A stretch of 64,000 nucleotides of DNA from Verrucomicrobiota bacterium (GTDB lineage: Bacteria; Verrucomicrobiota; Verrucomicrobiia; Limisphaerales; JAHDYP01). The notes below the pieces were generated by a model. The model made no database searches and was not told where the DNA came from. It worked only from the letters and a program-made list of their open reading frames with translations. The stretch lies in assembly GCA_046047235.1 (NCBI GenBank), contig JBJOII010000001.1, positions 31,720 to 95,719 of the forward strand. Direction: 5' to 3'. Each line of letters begins with the position of its first letter. The first letter of the stretch is position 1. The position numbers and the translations under genes are program-made. Below are positions 48,353 through 58,117 of the stretch, piece by piece.

Positions 48353-51300
48353 TTAGCCTTCGCTACTGCCGTTGCCGTTGCTGTCGCGTTTCTCCCATTT
48401 GCGGACGGGGCGTTCGGGCAGCGTGGTATCGACGGCGGGGTAATAGCTTTGGTCCCCGAGGACGGCATCGATGGCTTGCTGCAGGTCGCGGCCGGGCCGG
48501 ACTTTGCAGCGGTCATGGGCTTCGATGAACACCTTTGCTCCGGAGGTTTGTTCCAGGCAGAGGTAGAGGGGAACGCGGCCGGAGTGACTGGAGGTGACGG
48601 CATGCACTTCGGCGAGCTTTTGTTCCGTGAGTGCGGTCATGCGGGCGCGGATATGGACTTGGCGGGTGTATTTTGCGGGGACGTCGTCGAGGGACATGAT
48701 TTCCTGGGGAAAGAGCTTGGGCTGGTCCTCGGCGAGACTGACTTCGGCGACCACCATGATGGGGCGATTGACTTCGAGGAAGGCGCGGTGCTTTTCGAAA
48801 TTATCGTTGAGGCAGAGCATCTGGACTGCGCCTTCCATGTCTTCGAGAGTGACTAGGGCGTAGGGTTTGCCGGTCTTTTTTGAGAACCCTTGCTGGATGG
48901 CGGTGATCATGCCGCCGATGCGGGTCATGCCGCGGTTCTGGAGCTGGTTGAGCGTGGTGGTGGTGGAGAGCCCGTAGCGGTCCAGGATGGCGGCGTAGGG
49001 TTTAAGCGGGTGACCGGTGACATAGAAGCCGAGCAGTTCCTTTTCCCAGGCGAGCAGCTCTGAGGAGGGCAGTTCGGGGAACCGTTCGATGGGGCGTTCC
49101 GTGGTGGGATCTCCGGCGTCGAGGTCACCGAAGAGCGAGGCCTGGCCTTTCTGGCGGTCGGAGGCGAGGCTGGCGGCACGGGCCAGGGAGTGGTCGATGG
49201 CGTTGAGGAGTGTATTGCGGGTTTCGCCGAAAGTATCGAGTGCGCCGCACTTGATGAGACCTTCGAGCATCCGGCGGTTGACCACGCGGGTATCCACGCG
49301 TTCGCAGAGTTCGGTAATCGAGCTGAAGGGGCCCTTTTCGGCGCGGGCGGCGAGAATACTTTGGACGGCGATTTCGCCGACGCCCTTGACGGCGGCCATA
49401 CCGAAGCGGATGGCGCGCCGGTCGGAATCGGGGCGGATGGGAGCGGGTTCGAAGTAGAGACCGCTTTCGTTGACGTCGGGGGGGAGGACGTCGATGGCCA
49501 TGGAGCGGCCTTCGATGATGTATTGGGCGAGCTTGGTAAGGTCGGCCATGTCGTTGGTCATCATGGCGCTGAGGAACTCGACCGGGTAATTGGCCTTGAG
49601 GTAGGCGGTTTGGTAGGCGACGACGGCGTAGGCGGCGGCGTGGGATTTATTGAAGCCGTAGCCGGCGAATTTTTCCAGGAGGTCGAACACCTCGTTGGCC
49701 TTGGCTTCGGTGATGCCGTTCTTTTCCTTGCAGCCTTTGACGAAGGCCACGCGCTGCTTGGCCATTTCCTCGACCTTCTTTTTGCCCATGGCGCGGCGCA
49801 GCAGGTCGGCACCGCCGAGCGTGTAGCCGGCGAGGATCTGGGTGGCCTGCATGACCTGCTCCTGGTAGATGAGGATGCCGTAGGTCTCACTGGCGATGGG
49901 CTCGAGCAGATCGTGGGGGTACTCGACCTGTTGGCGGCCGTGGCGACGCTCGATGAAGTCCGGGATGAGGTCCATGGGACCCGGCCGGTAGAGGGAGATG
50001 AGAGCTGTGATGTGTTCTACCGAGGCGATCTGGAATTTCCGGCAGAGATCGCGCATACCGCCGGATTCAAGCTGGAACACGCCGAGAGTCTGCGCGTTAT
50101 TGAGCAGCTCGTAGGTTTTCTGGTCATCAAGCGGGAGGCGGTCCACGGGAATCTCGACGCCGTGGATGCGTTGGATCATGTCGCAGGTATTGCGGATGAC
50201 CGTAAGCGTCTTGAGACCGAGGAAGTCCATTTTCAGCAGGCCGAGGTCCCCGACCGGGCCCATGGCGTACTGGGTTACGACGCTGCCTTCGTCGTCGCGT
50301 TTGAGGGGGAGGACATTGACGAGCGGCTGGTCGCCGATGACGACGCCGGCGGCGTGCACGGACGAGTTCCGGGTGAGGTCCTCGAGGACGAAGGCGGTAT
50401 CGAGCAATTCGCGGGTGACTTCTTCCGTGTCGTAGGCCTGCTTGAGATCAGGCGACTGTTTCAGCGCCTTTTCGAGCGTCATCTTCAGCTCGTTGGGGAT
50501 CATCTTGGCGAGACGATCTCCTTCACTGAAGCTGAGGCCCATGACGCGGGCGAGGTCACGCACCACGGACTTCGCGCCCATGGTGCCGAAGGTAATGATT
50601 TGCGCGACCGATTCGCGTCCGTATTTCTCGCGAACGTATTCGATGACATCGGCGCGACGGTCGTCGGCGAAGTCGATGTCGATATCGGGGGGGTTGACGC
50701 GTTCGGGGTTCAGGAACCGTTCGAACAGGAGACCGTAGCGGATGGGGTCGACATTGGAGATCTCGAGGAGGTAGGTGACGAGCGAACCTGCGGCGGATCC
50801 ACGGGCGACGCAGGAGATGCCCTTTTCGCGACCGTAGCGGACAAAGTCACCGACGATAAGGAAGTAGCTGACGAAGCCGGTTGTCTCGATGACGCCGAGT
50901 TCGAGTTGGAGGCGGTCGATGATCGTTTGGATGGAGGCAGCGACGGCGGGATCCTCCTGCCATTTCTCGGGGACGAACGCGTCTGGATCGTGGCCCTCTG
51001 CGGGAGCATAGGCAGGCAGCCGGGCGGGGTCTTCGACGCGGTCGACGACGAACTCGCGATCGACTGCACGGGCGGTGATCCCATAGCGTCCGGCGAGGGC
51101 TTCGGCGAGGACATGGCGGAGGTAACCTTCGCGGGTAAAGACTTCGGGCGGGTCGTAGACGGGGTAGTGGAGCGTGCCGAACTCGATCTCGAGATTGCAG
51201 CGTTCGGCGACGGCGAGGGTATTTTTGACGGCCTCGGGGGTTTCGGCGAACAGTTCGGCCATTTCCTCGGCGGAGCGGAGGTAGAACTGCTCGGGCTGGT

Positions 51301-52027
51301 AGCGCATCCGTTTGGAATCGGCGACCTGGCTTTGGGTTCCGATACAGATCAGGCAATCATGGGCCTGCCAGTGTTCGCGGCGCACGTAGTGGACGTCGTT
51401 GGTGGCGACGAGCTGGAGGCCGAAATCCTTGGACCAGGGGATGAGGTGTTTATTGACGATGGCCTGTTCGTGGATGCCGTGGTTTTGGATTTCCAGGAAG
51501 TAGTTGTCCGGGCCGAAGACTTGTTTGAACCAGTCGATGGAATCACGGGCACGGTCGAGCTGCTCCTTGACGATGAGGTCGGGCACTTCGCTGGCGAGGC
51601 AGCCGGAGAAGGCGATGATGCCTTCGTGGTGTTGTTCAAGGATCTCCTTATCGATACGCGGCTTATAGTAGTAGCCCTCGAGGTGGCCGGCGGTGACGAG
51701 TTTGACGAGGTTTTGGTAACCGGTGACGTCCTTGGCGAGGAGCAGCAGGTGGTTGTAGACCTCTTTGCCGCCGCCGCCGGAGGATTTGCGTTCATGGCGG
51801 CTACCGGGGGCGACATAGACCTCGCAACCGATGATGGGCTTGATGCCTTTCTTGCGGGCGGCCTGGTAGAAGTCGATCGCACCGAAAAGGACGCCGTGGT
51901 CGGTAATGGCGATGGCGGGGAACTCCAGTTCCGCGGCACGGTCCATCAAACGGTCCACCCGGCACGCCCCGTCCAGCAGGGAATACTCCGTATGCAGATG
52001 CAGATGCACAAACTCAGCCCGACCCAT
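48353..52027 (-). CDS. dnaE: DNA polymerase III alpha subunit
   Basis: HLHLHTEYSLLDG PHP, RGSAAGSL, PDIDIDF, KMDFLGL, YGFNKSHA, OB fold. Confidence 0.97.
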   Translation of the reverse strand: MGRAEFVHLHLHTEYSLLDGACRVDRLMDRAAELEFPAIAITDHGVLFGAIDFYQAARKKGIKPIIGCEVYVAPGSRHERKSSGGGGKEVYNHLLLLAKDVTGYQNLVKLVTAGHLEGYYYKPRIDKEILEQHHEGIIAFSGCLASEVPDLIVKEQLDRARDSIDWFKQVFGPDNYFLEIQNHGIHEQAIVNKHLIPWSKDFGLQLVATNDVHYVRREHWQAHDCLICIGTQSQVADSKRMRYQPEQFYLRSAEEMAELFAETPEAVKNTLAVAERCNLEIEFGTLHYPVYDPPEVFTREGYLRHVLAEALAGRYGITARAVDREFVVDRVEDPARLPAYAPAEGHDPDAFVPEKWQEDPAVAASIQTIIDRLQLELGVIETTGFVSYFLIVGDFVRYGREKGISCVARGSAAGSLVTYLLEISNVDPIRYGLLFERFLNPERVNPPDIDIDFADDRRADVIEYVREKYGRESVAQIITFGTMGAKSVVRDLARVMGLSFSEGDRLAKMIPNELKMTLEKALKQSPDLKQAYDTEEVTRELLDTAFVLEDLTRNSSVHAAGVVIGDQPLVNVLPLKRDDEGSVVTQYAMGPVGDLGLLKMDFLGLKTLTVIRNTCDMIQRIHGVEIPVDRLPLDDQKTYELLNNAQTLGVFQLESGGMRDLCRKFQIASVEHITALISLYRPGPMDLIPDFIERRHGRQQVEYPHDLLEPIASETYGILIYQEQVMQATQILAGYTLGGADLLRRAMGKKKVEEMAKQRVAFVKGCKEKNGITEAKANEVFDLLEKFAGYGFNKSHAAAYAVVAYQTAYLKANYPVEFLSAMMTNDMADLTKLAQYIIEGRSMAIDVLPPDVNESGLYFEPAPIRPDSDRRAIRFGMAAVKGVGEIAVQSILAARAEKGPFSSITELCERVDTRVVNRRMLEGLIKCGALDTFGETRNTLLNAIDHSLARAASLASDRQKGQASLFGDLDAGDPTTERPIERFPELPSSELLAWEKELLGFYVTGHPLKPYAAILDRYGLSTTTTLNQLQNRGMTRIGGMITAIQQGFSKKTGKPYALVTLEDMEGAVQMLCLNDNFEKHRAFLEVNRPIMVVAEVSLAEDQPKLFPQEIMSLDDVPAKYTRQVHIRARMTALTEQKLAEVHAVTSSHSGRVPLYLCLEQTSGAKVFIEAHDRCKVRPGRDLQQAIDAVLGDQSYYPAVDTTLPERPVRKWEKRDSNGNGSSEG

Positions 52028-52146
52028 GCCGCTGAGCTTATCCCGCGTATGGGCAGGCGAAAACCGGAAACCCCCATCCTGAAAAAATAGTCTGTAAAGA
52101 CTTGATTATAAAGCCGATCAAGGTGCGCCTCCGCAGGAGGCCCAGC

Positions 52147-52187
52147 CAAAAAGAACCCCCCGGCGAAGGTATCGCTGGGGGGGGGGT
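52147..52187 (-). terminator. Rho-independent terminator after secA
   Basis: Minus strand CCCCCAGCGA-TACCT-TCGCCGGGGGG followed by TTCTTTTT. Confidence 0.75.
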
Positions 52188-52222
52188 GAAAGACCGAGGT
52201 ATGCCGGGAGGGTTCGAACAGC

Positions 52223-55200
52223 CTAACGACCGCAGCACTGTTTGTATTTCTTGCCGCTGCCACAGGGGCAGGGATCGTTGCGACCGACTTTGGGACCACC
52301 GCGAACCGGCTTGGTTTTTTCGACGGCGTCGGCTGCTTCGCTGACGATGTCGCTGGCTTTGGCCTTAGGGGCGGGCTGGGAGGATTCGGTGGTCGTACCA
52401 CCGAAGGCGCTCGTGGTGCTATGGACCGTGCGCTGGGGCAGGTTATGGAGGAACTGCTCGAACGCCATCATGCTGGAGGCGCTACGGAAGATGTTGTGAC
52501 AGATCTCGCTTTTGATATTCACCATGAGGTCCTCGAAGACCTTGAAGGCTTCGGCCTTGTATTCAATGAGCGGATCGCGTTGTCCGTAGGCACGCAGGCC
52601 GATGGAGTTACGCAGGCTGTCCATGCCGTAGAGGTGTTCCTGCCAGAGACGGTCAATGGAGCTGAGGATCGTGTAACGCTCGACAGCCTTGAGTTGTTCG
52701 GGCTGTTCAAAACTGATCTTAAGCTCGTAGGCCTTGCGGACGGCTTCGGTGAGGTAGACGCAGGCAGCGAACTGGGCTGCACTCATCCCCTCGAAGATCG
52801 AACCGTCAGTAGGCTGTTCGGTGGCCTTGCTCGCCACGTCGGTCAGTTCCTTCTCAGAAACCCCCAGCGGAAAGGTCAGGTTAACCCAGTCAGCCAGACC
52901 GCGCATGTTCCAGGCGTCCGTATCGTCGTCGGCAGAGCTGAACTCACCGATCTTCTGGACGATGACCTCTTCCATGATGTCCATGAGGCGGTCACGCACG
53001 TCTTCACTGACGATGATTTCATTGCGGAAGCCATAGATGACTTCGCGCTGCTTGTTCATCACGTCATCGTATTCGAGCGTGCGCTTCCGGATCTGGAAGT
53101 TGTGTTGTTCGACGCGTTTCTGGGCCTGTTGGATGGAGCGGTTCAGCAGCGGATGCTCCAGCTCCTGACCTTCTTCCAGCCCGACGCGCTCCATAACCTT
53201 GACGATGCGGTCGGAACCGAAGAGGCGCATCAGGTCATCTTCCAGCGAGATGAAGAAGTGCGACGCACCCGGGTCGCCCTGGCGGGCGCAACGACCACGG
53301 AGCTGGCGGTCGATACGGCGTGATTCGTGTCGCTCAGTAGCGAGCACGTGCAAACCGCCGAGTTCGCCCACTCCTGCGCCGAGCTTAATGTCGGTGCCGC
53401 GACCCGCCATGTTTGTGGCGATGGTGACCGCTCCGCGCTGACCGGCCCGGGCGACGATCTCGGCTTCCTTCTGGTGGTATTTGGCGTTGAGGACGCTGTG
53501 GACGATACCGGCCCGTCCAAGCATGCGGGAAAGCGTTTCGCTGACCTCGACGCTGATGGTGCCAACGAGGATGGGACGGCCCTGGCTATGGACATCCTGG
53601 ATTTCCTTAAGGACGGCCGCGTATTTTTCCCGGCGGGTCTTGTAGACGGAATCGTTGGAGTCCTTTCGTGCAACCGGGCGGTTGGTGGGAATGACGAGCA
53701 CGCCCAGTTTGTAAATGTCGTGGAACTCCTGCGCTTCCGTCTCCGCGGTTCCGGTCATGCCGGCGAGTTTGGCGTAGAGGCGGAAGTAGTTTTGGATGGT
53801 GATGGTTGCCAGAGTCTGGGTTTCGCGCTCGATGGCGACCCCTTCCTTGGCTTCAACCGCCTGGTGCAGGCCATCGCTCCAGCGACGACCGGTCATGAGG
53901 CGGCCGGTGTTTTCGTCGACGATGATCACCTTGTTCTCCTGCACGACGTAATGGACATCGCGCTTGTAGAGGCAGAAGGCCTTCAGCAATTGGGAGATGG
54001 TGTGGATCTGGGCGGCTTTGCGTTCGAATTCCGACTGGATCTTGGCCTTGGCCTCCATGCGTTTCCGGACGTCCGTTTCCGGGCCGGAATCGATTTCATG
54101 GAAGAGCACCGTGAGGTCAGGCAACACGAAAGCTTCGGGGTCTTTGGGACTCAGGAAGCCGCGACCTTTCTCTGTGAGATCGGCGTCGTGACCTTTCTCA
54201 TCGATGGCGAAGAACAGCTCCTCTTTCTGCGCGTAGAGCTGGCGTTTGGTTTGGTCGAGATGCAGCTCCATCTCGGCCTTTTGCATCATGCGGATGTAAT
54301 CCGGATCTTCGAGGAACTTGAGGAGGTCATCGGAGCGCGGGGTGCCCATCTTGACCTTGTAGAGCAGCAGGCCCAGCTCGCGTTCGAGTTCATCGGGCTT
54401 CTCCGGGTTTGTGCCATCGAGGGGTTTGAGCTTCTTGCGCAATTCCTCGGCTTCGCTGAGGTAGCGGTTGGCCAGACGCTCCTGCTGGTAGACCAGGCTT
54501 TGAACGACCGGTTTGTACTGGTCGAACTGCTGGTCCACGTGCACCACTGCGGGGCCACTGATAATCAGGGGTGTCCGCGCTTCATCGATCAGGATCGAGT
54601 CCACCTCGTCGACGATGGCGAAGTAGTGTCCGCGCTGCACCTGATCCTCGCGACGTGTGGCCATGCCGTTGTCGCGGAGGTAATCGAAACCGAACTCGGC
54701 GTTGGTGCCGTAGGTGATGTCGCAGTTGTATTGTTCCCGGCGGACGGACGGGGGCTGGTCATGGAGGATACAGCCGACCGTGAGTCCGAGGAGTTTATAG
54801 ACGGCACCCATCCACTCGCTATCGCGGGCGGCCAGGTAATCGTTCACGGTGACCACGTGCACGCCGCGCCCGGTCAGTGCGTTCAGGAAGACGGGCATGG
54901 TGGCGACGAGTGTCTTGCCTTCGCCGGTGGCCATTTCTGCGATCTTGCCCCGGTGCAACGCCATGCCGCCGACCAGCTGGACGTCGAACGGAACCATCTC
55001 CCAACGGAGGGGGTGTCCGCGCACGGTGACGTCCTGCCCGACAAGTCGGCGGCAGGCATTTTTCACCACAGCGAACGCCTCGGGCATGATTTCGTCCAGG
55101 GTGCGGGCCAGTTCCCCGAGGTCCTCGATCGCGGACAACTGGGCTTTCCAGGCCGCGGTCTTCTCCCTCAGAACGTCCTCCGGTTGGGATTGCAACGCCT

Positions 55201-55297
55201 GTTCCAGTTCGTTGATGCGGGCCACAATGGGCTGCATCCGTCGGATCTCGCGGTCGTTTTTCGACCCGATGATCTTTTTGATGATGTAACCGATCAT
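52223..55297 (-). CDS. secA: Preprotein translocase ATPase SecA
   Basis: MATGEGKT, DEVDSILIDEARTPLIISG, ATNMAGRGTDI, GRCARQGDPG, SEC-C GRNDPCPCGSGKKYKQCC. Confidence 0.98.
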   Translation of the reverse strand: MIGYIIKKIIGSKNDREIRRMQPIVARINELEQALQSQPEDVLREKTAAWKAQLSAIEDLGELARTLDEIMPEAFAVVKNACRRLVGQDVTVRGHPLRWEMVPFDVQLVGGMALHRGKIAEMATGEGKTLVATMPVFLNALTGRGVHVVTVNDYLAARDSEWMGAVYKLLGLTVGCILHDQPPSVRREQYNCDITYGTNAEFGFDYLRDNGMATRREDQVQRGHYFAIVDEVDSILIDEARTPLIISGPAVVHVDQQFDQYKPVVQSLVYQQERLANRYLSEAEELRKKLKPLDGTNPEKPDELERELGLLLYKVKMGTPRSDDLLKFLEDPDYIRMMQKAEMELHLDQTKRQLYAQKEELFFAIDEKGHDADLTEKGRGFLSPKDPEAFVLPDLTVLFHEIDSGPETDVRKRMEAKAKIQSEFERKAAQIHTISQLLKAFCLYKRDVHYVVQENKVIIVDENTGRLMTGRRWSDGLHQAVEAKEGVAIERETQTLATITIQNYFRLYAKLAGMTGTAETEAQEFHDIYKLGVLVIPTNRPVARKDSNDSVYKTRREKYAAVLKEIQDVHSQGRPILVGTISVEVSETLSRMLGRAGIVHSVLNAKYHQKEAEIVARAGQRGAVTIATNMAGRGTDIKLGAGVGELGGLHVLATERHESRRIDRQLRGRCARQGDPGASHFFISLEDDLMRLFGSDRIVKVMERVGLEEGQELEHPLLNRSIQQAQKRVEQHNFQIRKRTLEYDDVMNKQREVIYGFRNEIIVSEDVRDRLMDIMEEVIVQKIGEFSSADDDTDAWNMRGLADWVNLTFPLGVSEKELTDVASKATEQPTDGSIFEGMSAAQFAACVYLTEAVRKAYELKISFEQPEQLKAVERYTILSSIDRLWQEHLYGMDSLRNSIGLRAYGQRDPLIEYKAEAFKVFEDLMVNIKSEICHNIFRSASSMMAFEQFLHNLPQRTVHSTTSAFGGTTTESSQPAPKAKASDIVSEAADAVEKTKPVRGGPKVGRNDPCPCGSGKKYKQCCGR

Positions 55298-55526
55298 TAG
55301 AAAAAGAGTTACCCAAGCTACGGAAAGCCCCTAGGACCGTCAAAGGGAATCCAATCCATGGAATCCCTTGCAAAGTCGAGGTGCGTCTGATTTAGTGCTA
55401 ACCAGTCGTATCTATTTTCGGGAGGGCTGGCTAAAGCCTGGACCGGAAGAAGCCGACTGCTCCCTGAGTGGCGAAAGCGCCGTTCTTGAGAACAGATGAG
55501 CGGGAAGGCTTCGGATTCGAACTTGA

Positions 55527-55928
55527 ATGAGCACAACGTTTGCAATCGATCAGGCCTCTGCGGCTCAGGGTGACACCCCGACCGCGGAGGAGGACAGTAT
55601 AGTCTACTCGCGTTATTCCACGATGGCCCTTCAGAGCCATCGCCCCCCTACCCTGCGTCGCTCCCGACGCTCCCTGCACCCGCCCGGTTCGCATAGGGCT
55701 CCCGTGCACGGCATAGCTGGGGATGACATCCATACGGCGGACCGTTGCCGCGAGGCCTTGCGGTGGATCACCACCCTGCCCGAAGGCTCGATCCGTTTGG
55801 AAGTCGCCGCAGGGCGTGTGACACTCCATGGTCTCGTGCGTCGGAACGCCGAACGCGAGGCGGCCGGCGAAGCGGTCCGGCAGGTGGAAGGCGTGACCGT
55901 TATCGACAACCAGATCGACGTTCAGTAA
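55527..55928 (+). CDS. BON domain-containing protein
   Basis: IRLEVAAGRVTLHGLV...EREAA...VRQVEGVTVIDNQIDV BON signature. Confidence 0.78.
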   Translation: MSTTFAIDQASAAQGDTPTAEEDSIVYSRYSTMALQSHRPPTLRRSRRSLHPPGSHRAPVHGIAGDDIHTADRCREALRWITTLPEGSIRLEVAAGRVTLHGLVRRNAEREAAGEAVRQVEGVTVIDNQIDVQ

Positions 55929-56059
55929 TTGGCGTCGGGGCGGAGGTTGATTCCGGGCGCAGGCGATGCCTGCAAGCATTCCTGCAAGAGGGGGCGGCCG
56001 TAGAATTCACTACCGGTCAACCCCTGTTGTTTGTACATGTCCCGTCGGTTGCCGGACCG

Positions 56060-56629
56060 ATGAGACTGATTTTGCACGAGAAAGTGAGGCAGGAGGGGGT
56101 GCGGAGCCTGGCTTGGGTTCAGGCCTTCCTTGCGGGCTATGATACTTCCATGCTGGGCTGGCTGCGCATTGACCTCGGGCGGGAGTATAAGGACCGTCTG
56201 GGTCGGCGTTACCGGAAGTACCGTGGGATATATGGCCGTTGCTGGTATCCCACGGAAGCCCAGCCCACGATCCGGCTGAGCTGTCAGGTACCGGGGCCAT
56301 TCCCGTGCGACATTGTCACGCGGCTTAAGCCGCTTTACCGCAATCCGGACGGAACGTGGCCGGCTGAAGCCCGACGCCTGCGGGGTCCGATCTTCAAGGC
56401 GCCAAAGTCTGACCGTCAATGGAAGCGGGTCTACGGGACAACCCGCGTTGCCACCCTGGATGAGGGCATTATTTGGATTTTCGCGCATGAAGCCTTTCAC
56501 TGGCTGACGAAGAGCCGACAACTCAAGGGTCGCAACAACGAGATTGAGGCCGACGCCTTCGCGGACGGTTGCCTGGCAGATTTCCGGGCTGGGAGGCCAC
56601 CACACGGCAATGTGCCCGGCTCCGGTTAG
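56060..56629 (+). CDS. Basic hypothetical protein with zincin HExxH motif
   Basis: FAHEAFH followed by NEIEADAFA. Confidence 0.65.
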   Translation: MRLILHEKVRQEGVRSLAWVQAFLAGYDTSMLGWLRIDLGREYKDRLGRRYRKYRGIYGRCWYPTEAQPTIRLSCQVPGPFPCDIVTRLKPLYRNPDGTWPAEARRLRGPIFKAPKSDRQWKRVYGTTRVATLDEGIIWIFAHEAFHWLTKSRQLKGRNNEIEADAFADGCLADFRAGRPPHGNVPGSG

Positions 56630-56686
56630 TGTTTTACCATCGGGCGGCCGGCAGCTAGTGTGCCCATAATCCCTATCATTGAAGTG

Positions 56687-57883
56687 ATGACACGCTACAC
56701 GCTCCTCTTGCCGATCCTCTGCCTGAGCGCAGGGGTACTTCAAATCCATGCGGCCACTCCCCTGCCTGAGCCGCCGGCGCTCAGAGTCCGCCCCCAGACG
56801 ATCGACGACCAGATCGGGATTGGCTACGGGCTGGCGGTTGCCGATGTTGATGGTGACGGCAAGGACGATATCCTGTTAGCCGACCAGCACGAGATTGTTT
56901 GGTATCACAACCCCAGCTGGCAGAAGTATCGCATAACGGGTGCATTGACGCCGGAGGACCATGTTTGCATCGCGGCACGGGACATTGATGGTGACGGCCG
57001 GGCGGAGGTGGCGGTGGGTGCGGGGTGGAACCCGGGCGACACCGAGAACAGCGGAGCCGTTTTTTATCTCATGCCACCTGAGGACCGCACGGGTATGTGG
57101 GAGCCCATCCGGCTGCCACACGAACCCACCGTGCATCGCATGCATTGGATCCGGATGCAGGACGGAACCTATTCCCTGGTTGTGCTGCCCTTGCATGGCC
57201 GCGGCAACAAGAACACCGAAGGCGCCGGAGTACGCGTGCTGGCTTACCGTCCCCCGGTAAACCCACACGACACATGGGAGACCTTTCTGCTCAACGATAC
57301 GTTGCATCTGACGCACAACTTTGACCCCACCGCGTGGGAAGCCAACGCAACCCGGGAAGGCATCCTGCTCGCCTCGAAGGAGGGACTGATGCGAATGGAA
57401 GGCTCGGATAGCGGCTGGAGAACCCGACAGCTCACCGCAAGGGGTGCCGGCGAAACTCGCTCCGGAAAGCTCCCTGGCGGAAACCGGTTCCTGACGAGCA
57501 TCGAACCGTTCCACGGCAACGAAGCGGTGGTTTATACGACTAGCGGACAGGATTTCGAGCGCGCTGTCCTCGACAACACACTCATCCAGGGCCACGCCCT
57601 GGCGACAGGAGACCTGCTGGGCACAGGCTGGGATCAGGTGGTCGTTGGGTGGCGGGGCCCCATCCCCACACGCCCCGGGGTCAAGGTCGGCATCAAGCTG
57701 TTCGCACCTACGGATCGCGACGGCAGCACCTGGAAGCTGCACGCCCTCGTCGATGACGATACGATGGCCTGCGAGGACTTGAAGCTGGCCGACCTCAACG
57801 GGGACGGAATGCTGGACATCGTGGCATGCGGGAGGGCTTCGAAGAACGTCATCATTTACTGGAACGAGACCGGTGCGAATTAG
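56687..57883 (+). CDS. FG-GAP/VCBS repeat beta-propeller exported protein (aldos-2-ulose dehydratase propeller-like)
   Basis: Signal peptide; DVDGDGKDDI, DIDGDGRAEV, DLNGDGMLDIV; EPTVHR, IEPFHGNE. Confidence 0.8.
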   Translation: MTRYTLLLPILCLSAGVLQIHAATPLPEPPALRVRPQTIDDQIGIGYGLAVADVDGDGKDDILLADQHEIVWYHNPSWQKYRITGALTPEDHVCIAARDIDGDGRAEVAVGAGWNPGDTENSGAVFYLMPPEDRTGMWEPIRLPHEPTVHRMHWIRMQDGTYSLVVLPLHGRGNKNTEGAGVRVLAYRPPVNPHDTWETFLLNDTLHLTHNFDPTAWEANATREGILLASKEGLMRMEGSDSGWRTRQLTARGAGETRSGKLPGGNRFLTSIEPFHGNEAVVYTTSGQDFERAVLDNTLIQGHALATGDLLGTGWDQVVVGWRGPIPTRPGVKVGIKLFAPTDRDGSTWKLHALVDDDTMACEDLKLADLNGDGMLDIVACGRASKNVIIYWNETGAN

Positions 57884-58117
57884 AGCGAGCGCGCTCGCAT
57901 TCTTGAAGGCGGACGCATGCACCTCTTGAGGCGCCACCGGTTTTGACGGAGCCAAACCTATCTGCATCAAGATGAAATTCCCCCCAGTGGGACGAAGCTT
58001 GCGCCAAGGAAGTGCTGGCAGCTTTGAGTTCGATGCGGCACATTGCCCGAGTAACAGGCAGGACCACGTGAAGCAGGCGTTCATGCCGGGTCCACGCCCA
58101 CCCCTTCGGACCTCACC

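Noticed and set aside
49190-52090. 966-aa + strand ORF (also 53327-55300, 6293-7636, 17536-18975 and similar)
   Set aside because: Antisense shadows of well-supported genes such as dnaE and secA; expected in GC-rich, codon-biased DNA and carrying no recognisable motifs.
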